From positions 15,810,001 through 15,874,000 of the forward strand of contig CM068757.1 in the NCBI GenBank assembly GCA_035084275.1: a stretch of 64,000 nucleotides of DNA, given 5' to 3'. This stretch comes from Hydrolagus colliei (Eukaryota). The number at the start of each line of letters is the position of its first letter. The first letter of the stretch is position 1. The notes under the pieces were generated by a model. That model saw only the letters and a list, made by a program, of their open reading frames with translations. It made no database searches and had not been told where the DNA came from. Below are positions 1-13,000 of this stretch, piece by piece. The position numbers were made by a program, and so were the translations under genes.

Positions 1-912
1 TTGCACACCTGCAGCTTGTTGACCTCCCCCACTGTTAGGCAATAGCTTGCTCGAACTTCTTTTGAATCTCTCTCAGCCATGTCCATAGACAAGGCAGTTT
101 TACATGCTAACTCAAATGTTAGCTGTGACATTGTCATTAATTTGTTTTGGATACGGTCGCTCTTCAGTCTGCACACAAATCTATCTCGTAATGCAAGGTC
201 CTGGAAATCTCCAAAATTGCAGTGTATCGACAGCTTTTTCAACCCTACGAAAAAACTGCCAATGTTTTCCTCTGGTAATTGACATCTGGTACCAAATCGG
301 TAACTCTCTGCAATCTCTAATGGCTTTGGGTCATCGTGTTCTGTAAGCTTTTCAAGGATGTCCTTCAATGGGGTGTCCTTAGGCCTAGTTGCGGTTAACA
401 AATTCTTCACTGTTTCATACACATCGGGACCCACTTCTGTCAGAAAGATTGCTCTCATTCTTTCTTGCACTGCTGTATTTACACTTCCAGAATTATCTTC
501 AGCAGCTTCAATTTCAACAATATTATTGGCAGCAAAGAACATCTCCAAACGCTCAATCTAAGCACTAAACATTTCCCGGCTTTGTTGAAACTCACCCAAT
601 TGTCCGATGTATCCGATGGGAGTCTTCATTTGGGGATTTTTTTTATCAGTACCACCACACGTGAACACAAACCTTACTGGATTTGTAGCTCTCAATCAAA
701 ATGAAAGTATTCACAGACCTCTAGGCACTTTGTAGAGACCTTCTCCTACAAACAGACATAGCTAGGGAATCCCATCCTCGTCGCCAATTTGTGATATATC
801 TGGGACTACAAGTATCAGAAACGTTCAGGCTGCAATGTTATGGAAAACAACTGCACATATCATGTGGTTTATTTACATTTCTATACACTGGTCAGCAGAT
901 GGCACTCTCACA
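1..912 (-). mobile_element. Ty3/Gypsy (Mag-type) LTR retrotransposon copy 1, 5' end only (gag, PBS 767-786, 5' LTR 790-912)
   Basis: Matches 32424-33335. Confidence 0.93.
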
Positions 913-1022
913 AACCTGAAGTTTCTTTTGAAATTTGATGATGCTTTAGGAGAACTGCACATTATACTTGTGCACCAGATCATTTTTGCTAAGCAATCTC
1001 TCTTTTCCAATGTTGTCAACAG

Positions 1023-1064
1023 CATTCACCACAGAGCCATCGACAACCTTCTCTACAACCACAG
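1023..1064 (+). CDS. Micro-exon type F (42 nt, AFTTEPSTTFSTTT), splice sites intact in this copy
   Basis: ctcttttccaatgttgtcaacAG|cattcacc...accacag|GTagtt. Confidence 0.5.
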
Positions 1065-4000
1065 GTAGTTGTGTTATTATCAGTCCTGGAGACTTTGGCA
1101 AACTTCACTTCAATACAGAGTCCTCGTAAAAATAGCCACTATGATAACTTATCCTCTATTTCTACTGAAATTTGATGCAATATATTTCTCATCATTGCAT
1201 TCTAACACCAACAACTGCAACAGCAGCAGCCCCCACTACAATAACAGGTAAACAAAGAACAAATTCCAACTCTCCATTCCAGAACAAACATCTTATTAAC
1301 TATAAACTTCCATTGTATATTTGCCATCCTGTAAGAATGCAGCCTCTATGATCATTACACAAACGATGTGTCCTGTCCCTTATGTCCTACTGGATTCACA
1401 TGGACCACATTTTTAAATGTACGTTAGATATTGGGTTTCTTTCTTCTTGTTATTGGTGATGGAGGGAAACAGCTGATATTAATCCTGCAGCAGTCACCAG
1501 CTTCTACCCATTTTATGGTTAGTGCCCGGCAGACATCACTTCCAAATCTTGTTGAATGTATAACCACAGGAATTGTGCCACTAACTATTCAAAGGAGCCT
1601 CTTAGTGCTATGTTGCGACTTGCTTCATTCATTCACTCACGTTTTTCGACTCAATTGTACATCCTTCTATTTACTGCAGGCGATGTCCAGGACTCACCAC
1701 CAAGTAAGTGTTGTCTTCACACACCTTGTGCTACGGGGATGTAGGAAGATATTAAACAGATGATTAAATTGATCTTGAGGGGTTTATCATTTGAAACTCG
1801 ATGAATGATTTAGCAGACTTGAACATCAGACATGTGCACAAGATCACATTTGCTAAGCAATGCCTCTTATCTAATATTGTCAGCAGCATTCCCCACAGAG
1901 TCTTCGACAACATTCTCTACAACAACAGGTATTTGTGAAATTGTCAGTCTTGGTGCCTTCATCAATCTTTACTTTGATACAAAACAGCAACCATCATATG
2001 CTAACCTCGAATTCTGTTGAAGGTTGATGCAATATATTTCTCCTCAACTTCTTACTTTCTAGCACCAACAACTACAACATCAACAATCCCCAGTACACCA
2101 GGTAAGCAAAGAACTTCCAACTCTGCATTTGACCCGCTTTGTACAATTTAACATCGATCGTCTTTCCTCCACCACACCCAATCAATGATCCGCTCTACCT
2201 TCCCTCACCTCCACAATATTGCCTGACTCCACCATTACCTCATCCCTGATACCGCTGAAACTCTCATTCATGTGTTGCTGACATCCAGGCTCACTATGCC
2301 GACGTCTTGCTTGTCGACCTTCCTAATTCATCCATCCATAGTTTGCAGATAATCCAGAACTCTGCAGTTTTCAGAGTGTCCTCTCCAATCTAAGCTTTGT
2401 GATCCCATCTCCCTCATCTTCACCTGACTCTGTTTACTCCCCATCATCTAGAGAATCCAATTGAATATCCTGCTCTTCACATTCAATTCCCTCCATGGCC
2501 TCGGCCCACCCTATATTTGCAACCTTATCTGCCTGCCCCCTCCGCTCAGGAGGCTCCGGCCTGTTCCACATTCCCCAACTCACTCTGCCATTGGCGGGCG
2601 AGCCTTCTGACACTCTGCTCCCAACCTCTGTAACTCCAACCCGCATTTCCTCCACCTTGCCCCTTCCCTGGCTTCCTTCAAATCCCGCCTCAAGACTCTC
2701 CTCTTTGACTGCCCCATCAATCACCCCTAAATCCCCCACTTCCACTCCACCCTCCCTGATCCTGACCCCATCTTATGTCTGAAACAATGACTGAAACAAT
2801 GAAACAACCCCCTCTACGACATCAGGTAAACAAAGAACAACTTCCAACTCTACATTTCCTGAGCAAACATCTACTTGATTGTCTTCACATTTCTCTATTA
2901 CAGTCACAATCGCCCTCCTTTAACTCATTGTTATCTCATTCTCTACGGTTTCCACAGGATGCGCACGCATGTCTTCATCAACAACCACCACTGAAACTGG
3001 TGAGGAACAGCACATTTCTACAGACACAACTGTTACATATCACATAGAGAAATCAGGCTACAAGAATCCTGCCACTTGCTTTGGCCACAACAGCAGCCAC
3101 TCTCCCAGTATCATTGCCAAATACTAGCTCAAACTTCAGCTTCAAGCAACTGAAAGAGGAGAATCATCTGAAGCATTTAGTTGCTCCACATTTATTCCTT
3201 CAAATTCTCACTTTAGAGCAACATCAGAAAACACTCTGACACAATGCTCAGCAACACTGTTCACTCCAATAACAGTTGTAGCCACATTAACTGCCTTTGA
3301 TTCAACTACTCGAATTACCCGTGTACACTTTGTCCAGAGCAGTCTCCAATGCCCATTTTGCCATTGATACTATGTTGAATGGAAACACTTGAAGCTTCCT
3401 TCTGGAGGTTCCTAGACCAATCTTTCTCAAGAAACAGCGCAGCTGCTAATGACCAACACACCTGCACTGGCACAATGCCTCTATCGTGTATCAACAGCAG
3501 CAGTAAACCACACGACCAGCCACTCCATTTTGTTTCCCTGCTGTGACATTAATTGTGCCCATTCATGCTGCCAACTCCATTGAAAGACAAAAACTGGCTG
3601 AAAGAATCACATTCATTTCTGTGCTTTCCAATCTTTCCAACTTTCTATTCCGACAGAAACATCAACAGCCACGACTTTGATATCAGGTATAAACGAGCAG
3701 AAGCTTCTCTCTTCCCATTTACGGTACAATGTCCTCTTTGTCCACCTGTGATTCAAACTTCCATTAACTATTTGCCATCCTGTAAGAACACAGCCTCAAT
3801 GAGCATTAGACAAACGATATGTCCTTTCCACTATGTCCTGCAAGAATCACATAGACCATTTTTTCACGTGTAATTTAAATATTGGATTTCTTTCTTCTTG
3901 TTAGTGCTGCTGGAGGGAAACAGCCAATTTTATCCCTGCAGCAGATACCAGCTTCTACCCATTACCTGGTGACCGCTGGGCAAGAAACATTTCCAAATCT

Positions 4001-7000
4001 TGTTGAGGGCACAACCACAGGAATTGAGTCACTAGATATTGAAAGGAGACTCTTAGCATGATGCTGTAACTTGCCTCATTCATTCACGTTTTTCCACTCA
4101 ATTGTAAACCCTTCGATGTACTGCAGACATTGTCATGCACAGACCAATGAGAAGGTTGTGTGTTCACACAGCTAGTGCTACCAGCATGTAGAAAGATATT
4201 AAACAGATGATTGTGTTCAACTTGAAGCATTTTTTTTTCAAATTTGATGAGTGATTTAGGAGAACTGCACATTATACTTGTGCATCAGATCACTTTTGCT
4301 AAGCAGCGTCTCTTTTCCAATGCTGTCAGCAGCATTCACCACAGAGCCATCGACAACTTTCTCAACAACCACAGTTATTTGTGTTACTGTCAGTGCCTTT
4401 GTCAACCTTCACTTCAATACAATGTCCTCGTAAGAATAGCCACTATGATAACTTAACCTCTATTTCTACTGAAAGTTGATGCAATATGTTTCTCATCATT
4501 ACATTCTAGCACCAACAACAACTACTACAACAGCAGCACCCACTACAATAACAGGTAAACAAAGAACAAATTCCAACTCTCCATTCCAGAACAAACATCT
4601 TATTAACTATAAACTTCCATTGTATATTTGCCATCCTGTAAGAATGCAGCCTCTATGATCATTACACAAACGATGTGTCCTGTCCCTTATGTCCTACTGG
4701 ATTCACATGGACCACATTTTTAAATGTACGTTAGATATTGGGTTTCTTTCTTCTTGTTATTGGTGATGGAGGGAAACAGCTGATATTAATCCTGCAGCAG
4801 TCACCAGCTTCTACCCATTTTATGGTTAGTGCCCGGCAGACATCACTTCCAAATCTTGTTGAATGTATAACCACAGGAATTGTGCCACTAACTATTCAAA
4901 GGAGCCTCTTCGTGCGATGTTCCGACTTGCTTCATTCATTCACTCATGTTTTTCGACTCAATTGTACATCCTTCTATTTACTGCAGGCAGTGTCCGGAAC
5001 ACAGCACCAAGTAAGTGTTGTCTTCACACACCTTGTGCTACGGGGATCTAGGAAGATATTAAACAGATGATTAATTTGATCTTGAGGGGTTTATCTTTGG
5101 AAACTCGATGAATGATTTAGCAGACTTGAACATCAGACATGTGCACAAGATCACATTTGCTAAGCAATGCCTCTTATCTAATATTGTCAGCAGCATTCCC
5201 CACAGAGTCTTCGACAACATTCTCTACAACAACAGGTATTTGTGAAATTGTCAGTCTTGGTGCCTTCATCAATCTTTACTTTGATACAAAACAGCAACCA
5301 TCATATGCTAACCTCGAATTCTGTTGAAGGTTGATGCAATATATTTCTCCTCAACTTCTTACTTTCTAGCAACAACAACTAAAACATCAACAACCCCCTC
5401 TACGACATCAGGTAAACAAAGAACAACTTCCAACTCTACATTTCCTGAGCAAACATCTACTTGATTGTCTTCACATTTCTCTATTACAGTCACAATCGCC
5501 CTCCTTTAACTCATTGTTATCTCATTCTCTACGGTTTCCACAGGATGCGCACGCATGTCTTCATCAACAACCACCACTGAAACTGGTGAGGAACAGCACA
5601 TTTCTACAGACACAACTGTTACATATCACATAGAGAAATCAGGCTACAAGAATCCTGCCACTTGCTTTGGCCACAACAGCAGCCACTCTCCCAGTATCAT
5701 TGCCAAATACTAGCTCAAACTTCAGCTTCAAGCAACTGAAAGAGGAGAATCATCTGAAGCATTTAGTTGCTCCACATTTATTCCTTCAAATTCTCACTTT
5801 AGAGCAACATCAGAAAACACTCTGACACAATGCTCAGCAACACTGTTCACTCCAATAACAGTTGTAGCCACATTAACTGCCTTTGATTCAACTACTCGAA
5901 TTACCCGTGTACACTTTGTCCAGAGCAGTCTCCAATGCCCATTTTGCCATTGATACTATGTTGAATGGAAACACTTGAAGCTTCCTTCTGGAGGTTCCTA
6001 GACCAATCTTTCTCAAGAAACAGCGCAGCTGCTAATGACCAACACACCTGCACTGGCACAATGCCTCTATCGTGTATCAACAGCAGCAGTAAACCACACG
6101 ACCAGCCACTCCATTTTGTTTCCCTGCTGTGACATTAATTGTGCCCATTCATGCTGCCAACTCCATTGAAAGACAAAAACTGGCTGAAAGAATCACATTC
6201 ATTTCTGTGCTTTCCAATCTTTCCAACTTTCTATTCCGACAGAAACATCAACAGCCACGACTTTGATATCAGGTATAAACGAGCAGAATCTTCTCTCTTC
6301 CCATTTACGGTACAATGTCCTCTGTGTCCACCTGTGATTCAAACTTCCATTAACTATTTGCCATCCTGTAAGAACACAGCCTCAATGAGCATTAGACAAA
6401 CGATATGTCCTTTCCACTATGTCCTGCAAGAATCACATAGACCATTTTTTCACGTGTAATTTAAATATTGGATTTCTTTCTTCTTGTTAGTGCTGCTGGA
6501 GGGAAACAGCCAATTTTATCCCTGCAGCAGATACCAGCTTCTACCCATTACCTGGTGACCGCTGGGCAAGAAACATTTCCAAATCTTGTTGAGGGCACAA
6601 CCACAGGAATTGAGTCACTAGATATTGAAAGGAGACTCTTAGCATGATGCAGTAACTTGCCTCATTCATTCACGTTTTTCCACTCAATTGTAAACCCTTC
6701 GATGTACTGCAGACATTGTCATGCACAGACCAATGAGAAGGTTGTGTGTTCACACAGCTAGTGCTACCAGCATGTAGAAAGATATTAAACAGATGATTGT
6801 GTTCAACTTGAAGCATTTTTATTTCAAATTTGATGAGTGATTTAGGAGAACTGCACATTATACTTGTGCACCAGATCACTTTTGCTAAGCAGCGTCTCTT
6901 TTCCAATGCTGTCAGCAGCATTCACCACAGAGCCATCGACAACTTTCTCAACAACCACAGTTATTTGTGTTACTGTCAGTGCCTTTGTCAACCTTCACTT

Positions 7001-10000
7001 CAATACAATGTCCTCGTAAGAATAGCCACTATGATAACTTAACCGCTATTTCTACTAAAGGTTGATGCAATATGTTTCTCATCATTACATTCTAGCACCA
7101 ACAACAACTACTACAACAGCAGCCCCCACTACAATAACAGGTAAACAAAGAACAAATTCCAACTCTCCATTCCAGAACAAACATCTTATTAACTATAAAC
7201 TTCCATTGTATATTTGCCATCCTGTAAGAATGCAGCCTCTATGATCATTACACAAACGATGTGTCCTGTCCCTTATGTCCTACTGGATTCACATGGACCA
7301 CATTTTTAAATGTACGTTAGATATTGGGTTTCTTTCTTCTTGTTATTGGTGATGGAGGGAAACAGCTGATATTAATCTTGCAGCAGTCACCAGCTTCTAC
7401 CCATTTTATGGTTAGTGCCCGGCAGACATCACTTCCAAATCTTGTTGAATGTATAACCACAGGAATTGTGCCACTAACTATTCAAAGGAGCCTCTTCGTG
7501 CGATGTTCCGACTTGCTTCATTCATTCACTCATGTTTTTCGACTCAATTGTACATCCTTCTATTTACTGCAGGCAGTGTCCGGAACACACCAGCAAGTAA
7601 GTGTTGTCTTCACACACCTTGTGCTACGGGGATCTAGGAAGATATTAAACAGATGATTAATTTGATCTTGAGGGGTTTATCTTTTGAAACTCGATGAATG
7701 ATTTAGCAGACTTGAACATCAGACATGTGCACAAGATCACATTTGCTAAGCAATGCCTCTTATCTAATATTGTCAGCAGCATTCCCCACAGAGTCTTCGA
7801 CAACATTCTCTACAACAACAGGTATTTGTGAAATTGTCAGTCTTGGTGCCTTCATCAATCTTTACTTTGATACAAAACAGCAACCATCATATGCTAACCT
7901 CGAATTCTGTTGAAGGTTGATGCAATATATTTCTCCTCAACTTCTTACTTTCTAGCAACAACAACTAAAACATCAACAACCCCCTCTACGACAGCAGCTA
8001 AACAAAGAACAACTTCCAACTCTACATTTCCTGAGCAAACATCTACTTGATTGTCTTCACATTTCTCTATTACTGTCACAATCGCCCTCCTTTAACTCAT
8101 TGTTATCTCATTCTCTACGGTTTCCACAGGATGCGCACGCATGTCTTCATCAACAACCACCACTGAAACTGGTGAGGAACAGCACATTTCTACAGACGCA
8201 ACTGTTACATATCACATAGAGAAATCAGGCTACAAGAATCCTGCCATTGGCTTTGGCCAGAACAGCAGCCACTCTCCCAGTATCAATGCCTGGCTCAAAC
8301 TTCAGCTTCAAGCAACTGAAAGAGGAGAATCATCTGAAGCATTCAGTCCGATTGCTCCACATTTATTCCTTCAAATTCTCACTTTAGAGCAACATCAGAA
8401 AACACTCTGACACAATGCTCAGCAACACTCTTCACTCCAACAACAGTTGTAGCCACATTAACTGCCTTTCACTCAACTACTTGAATTACCCATGCACACT
8501 TTGTCCAGAGCAGTCTCCAATGCCCATTTTTCCATTGATACTATGTTGAATGGAAACACTTGAAGCTTGCTTCTGGAGGTTCCTGGACCAATCTTTCTCA
8601 AGAAGCAGCGCAGCTGCTAATGAACAACACACCTGGCACTGCCACATTGCCTCTATTGTGTATCAATAGCAGCAGTAAACCACACGACCAGCCACTCCAT
8701 TTTGTTTCCCTGCTGTGACATTAATTGTGCCCATTCATGCTGCCAATTCCATTGAAAGACAAAAACTAGCTGGAAGAATCACATTCGTTTCTGTGCTTTC
8801 CAATCTTTCCAACTTTCTATTCCAACAGAAACATCAACAGCCACGACTTCGACATCAGGTATACAAAGAGCAGAAGCTTCTCTCCTCCCATTTACGGTGC
8901 AATATCCCCTTTGACCACCTGTGATTCAAACTTCCATTAACTATTTGCCATCCTGTAAGAATGTATCCTCTGTGAGCATTAGACAAATGAAATGTCCTTT
9001 CCCTTATGTCCAGCTGGAATCACACAGCACTTTTTCACACGTACTTTAGTTATTGGGTTTCTTTCTTCTTGTTAGTGCTGATGGAGGGAAACAGCCAATA
9101 TTAACCTTGCAGCAGATACCAGCTTCTGCCCATTACCTGGTGATCGCAGGGCCAGAAACATTTCCAAATCTTGTTGAGGGCGTAACCACAGGAATTGTGT
9201 CGCGAGATATTGAAAGGAGACTCTCAGCATGATGTTGTAACTTGACTCATTCATTCACATTTTTCCACTCAATTCTAAACCCTTCGATCTACTGCAGACA
9301 TTGCCATGGACAGAGCAATAAGAAAGGATGTAGAAAGATATCAAACAGATGATTGAATTGAACTTCAAGCGGTTTTCTTTTGAAATTTGATGAGTGATTT
9401 AGAAGAACTGCACATTATTCTTGTGCACCAGATCATTTTTGCTAAGCAATCTCTCGTTTCCAATGTTGTCAGCAGCATTCACCTCACAGGCATCGACAAC
9501 CTTCTCTACAACCACGGGTATTTGTGTTATTGTCATTCTTGGTGCTTTCATTCAATACAGCGTCATCGTAAAAATAGCCACTATGATAAATTAACCTCTA
9601 TTGCTACTAATATTTGATGCAATATATTTCTCCTCAACTTCTTACTTTCTAGCAACAACAACTAAAACATCAACAACCCCCTCTACGACAGCAGGTAAAC
9701 AAAGAACAACTTCCAACTCTACATTTCCTGAGCAAACATCTACTTGATTGTCTTCACATTTCTCTATTACAGTCACAATCACCCTCCTTTAACTCATTGT
9801 TATCTCATTCTCTACGGTTTCCACAGGATGCGCACGCATGTCTTCATCAACAACCACCACTGAAACTGGTGAGGAACAGCACATTTCTACAGACACAACT
9901 GTTACATATCACATAGAGAAATCAGGCTACAAGAATCCTGCCATTAGCTTTGCCCACAACAGCAGCCACTCTCCCAGTATCATTGCCAAACACTAGCTCA

Positions 10001-13000
10001 AACTTCAGCTTCAAGCAACTGAAAGAGGAGAATCATCTGAAGCATTCAGTCCGATTGCTCCACATTTATTCCTTCAAATTCTCACTTTAGAGCAACATCA
10101 GAAAACACTCTGACGCAATGCTCAGCAACACTCTTCACTCCAACAACAGTTGTAGCCACATTACCTGCCTTTGACTCAACTACTTGAATTACCCGTGTAC
10201 ACTCTGTCCAGAGCAGTCTCCAATGCCCATTTTTCCATTGATACGATGTTGAATGGAAACACATGAAGCTTGCTTCTGGAGGTTCCTGGACCAATCTTTC
10301 TCAAGAAGCAGCACAGCTGCTAATGAACAACACACCTGGCACTGCCACATTGCCTCTATTGTGTATCAATAGCAGCAGTAAACCACACGACCAGCCACTC
10401 CATTTTGTTTCCCTGCTGTGACATTAATTGTGCCCATTCATGCTGCCAACTCCATTGAAAGACAAAAACTAGCTGGAAGAATCACATTTGTTTCTGTGCT
10501 TTCCAATCTTTCCAACTTTCTATTCCAACAGAAACATCAACAGCCACGACTTCGACATCAGGTATACAAAGAGCAGAAGCTTCTCTCCTCCCATTTACGG
10601 TGCAATATCCCCTTTGACCACCTGTGATTCAAACTTCCATTAACTATTTGCCATCCTGTAAGAATGTAGCCTCTGTGAGCATTAGACAAATGAAATGTCC
10701 TTTCCCTTATGTCCAGCTGGAATCACACAGCACTTTTTCACACGTACTTTAGTTACTGGGTTTCTTTCTTCTTGTTAGTGCTGATGGAGGGAAACAGCCA
10801 ATATTAACCTTGCAGCAGATACCAGCTTCTGCCCATTACCTGGTGATCGCAGGGCCAGAAACATTTCCAAATCTTGTTGAGGGCGTAACCACAGGAATTG
10901 TGTCGCGAGATATTGAAAGGAGACTCGCAGCATGATGCTGTAACTTGCCTCATTCATTCACGTTTTTCCACTCAATTGTAAACCCTTCGATGTACTGCAG
11001 ACATTGTCATGCACAGACCAATGAGAAGGTTGTGTGTTCACACAGCTAGTGCTACCAGCATGTAGAAAGATATTAAACAGATGATTGTGTTCAACTTGAA
11101 GCATTTTTTTTTCAAATTTGATGAGTGATTTAGGAGAACTGCACATTATACTTGTGCACCAGATCACTTTTGCTAAGCAGCGTCTCTTTTCCAATGCTGT
11201 CAGCAGCATTCACCACAGAGCCATCGACAACTTTCTCAACAACCACAGTTATTTGTGTTACTGTCAGTGCCTTTGTCAACCTTCACTTCAATACAATGTC
11301 CTCGTAAGAATAGCCACTATGATAACTTAACCTCTATTTCTACTAAAAGTTGATGCAATATGTTTCTCATCATTACATTCTAGCACCAACAACAACTACT
11401 ACAACAGCAGCCCCCACTACAATAACAGGTAAACAAAGAACAAATTCCAACTCTCCATTCCAGAACAAACATCTTATTAACTATAAACTTCCATTGTATA
11501 TTTGCCATCCTGTAAGAATGCAGCCTCTATGATCATTACACAAACGATGTGTCCTGTCCCTTATGTCCTACTGGATTCACATGGACCACATTTTTAAATG
11601 TACGTTAGATATTGGGTTTCTTTCTTCTTGTTATTGGTGATGCAGGGAAACAGCTGATATTAATCCTGCAGCAGTCACCAGCTTCTACCCATTTTATGGT
11701 TAGTGCCTAGCAGACATCACTTCCAAATCTTGTTGAATGTACAACCACAGGAATTGTGCCACTACCTATTCAAAGGAGCCTCTTCGTGCGATGTTCCGAC
11801 TTGCTTCATTCATTCACTCACGTTTTTCGACTCAATTGTACATCCTTCTATTTACTGCAGGCGATGTCCAGAACACACCAGCAAGTAAGTGTTGTCTTCA
11901 CACACCTTGTGCTACGGGGATGTAGGAAGATATTAAACAGATGATTAATTTGATCTTGAGGGGTTTATCTTTTGAAACTCGATGAATGATTTAGCAGACT
12001 TGAACATCAGACATGTGCACAAGATCACATTTGCTAAGCAATGCCTCTTATCTAATATTGTCAGCAGCATTCCCCACAGAGTCTTCGACAACATTCTCTA
12101 CAACAACAGGTATTTGTGAAATTTTCAGTCTTGGTGTCTTCATCAATCTTTACTTTGATACAAAACAGCAACCATCATATGCTAACCTCGAATTCTGTTG
12201 AAGGTTGATGCAATATATTTCTCCTCAACCTCTTACTTTCTAGCACCAACAACTAAAACATCAACAACCCCCTCTACGACAGCAGCTAAACAAAGAACAA
12301 CTTCCAACTCTACATTTCCTGAGCAAACATCTACTTGATTGTCTTCACATTTCTCTATTACTGTCACAATCGCCCTCCTTTAACTCATTGTTATCTCATT
12401 CTCTACGGTTTCCACAGGATGCGCACGCATGTCTTCATCAACAACCACCACTGAAACTGGTGAGGAACAGCACATTTCTACAGACGCAACTGTTACATAT
12501 CACATAGAGAAATCAGGCTACAAGAATCCTGCCATTGGCTTTGGCCAGAACAGCAGCCACTCTCCCAGTATCAATGCCTGGCTCAAACTTCAGCTTCAAG
12601 CAACTGAAAGAGGAGAATCATCTGAAGCATTCAGTCCGATTGCTCCACATTTATTCCTTCAAATTCTCACTTTAGAGCAACATCAGAAAACACTCTGACG
12701 CAATGCTCAGCAACACTCTTCACTCCAACAACAGTTGTAGCCACATTACCTACCTTTGACTCAACTACTTGAATTACCCGTGTACACTCTGTCCAGAGCA
12801 GTCTCCAATGCCCATTTTTCCATTGATACTATGTTGAATGGAAACACTTGAAGCTTGCTTCTGGAGGTTCCTGGACCAATCTTTCTCAAGAAGCAGCACA
12901 GCTGCTAATGAACAACACACCTGGCACTGCCACATTGCCTCTATTGTGTATCAATAGCAGCAGTAAACCACACGACCAGCCACTCCATTTTGTTTCCCTG

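Noticed and set aside
79-704. Plus-strand ORFs over the Gypsy body (also 29631-33127 etc.)
   Set aside because: Antisense shadows of gag/pol coding sequence.
767-786. tRNA-Ser gene
   Set aside because: Only the 3' 20 nt including CCA, abutting an LTR: a primer-binding site, with no cloverleaf.
2434-2782. Pro/Ser-rich 95-aa ORF (+) and 103-aa ORF (-) as a mucin exon or gene
   Set aside because: Off-frame and antisense readings of the C-rich L2 fragment; L2 motifs are visible in alternating frames.
3553-3873. Recurrent 106-aa, 110-aa, 60-70-aa and minus-strand 83-aa ORFs as tandem small genes
   Set aside because: Mostly non-ATG starts, no recognisable domains, broken by stops or frameshifts in sister units; they read through predicted introns and recur only because the DNA is repeated.
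4127-4154. Additional micro-exon after ctgcAG
   Set aside because: Homologue of exon I whose GTAAGT donor is lost; the next GT gives 28 nt with a weak donor.
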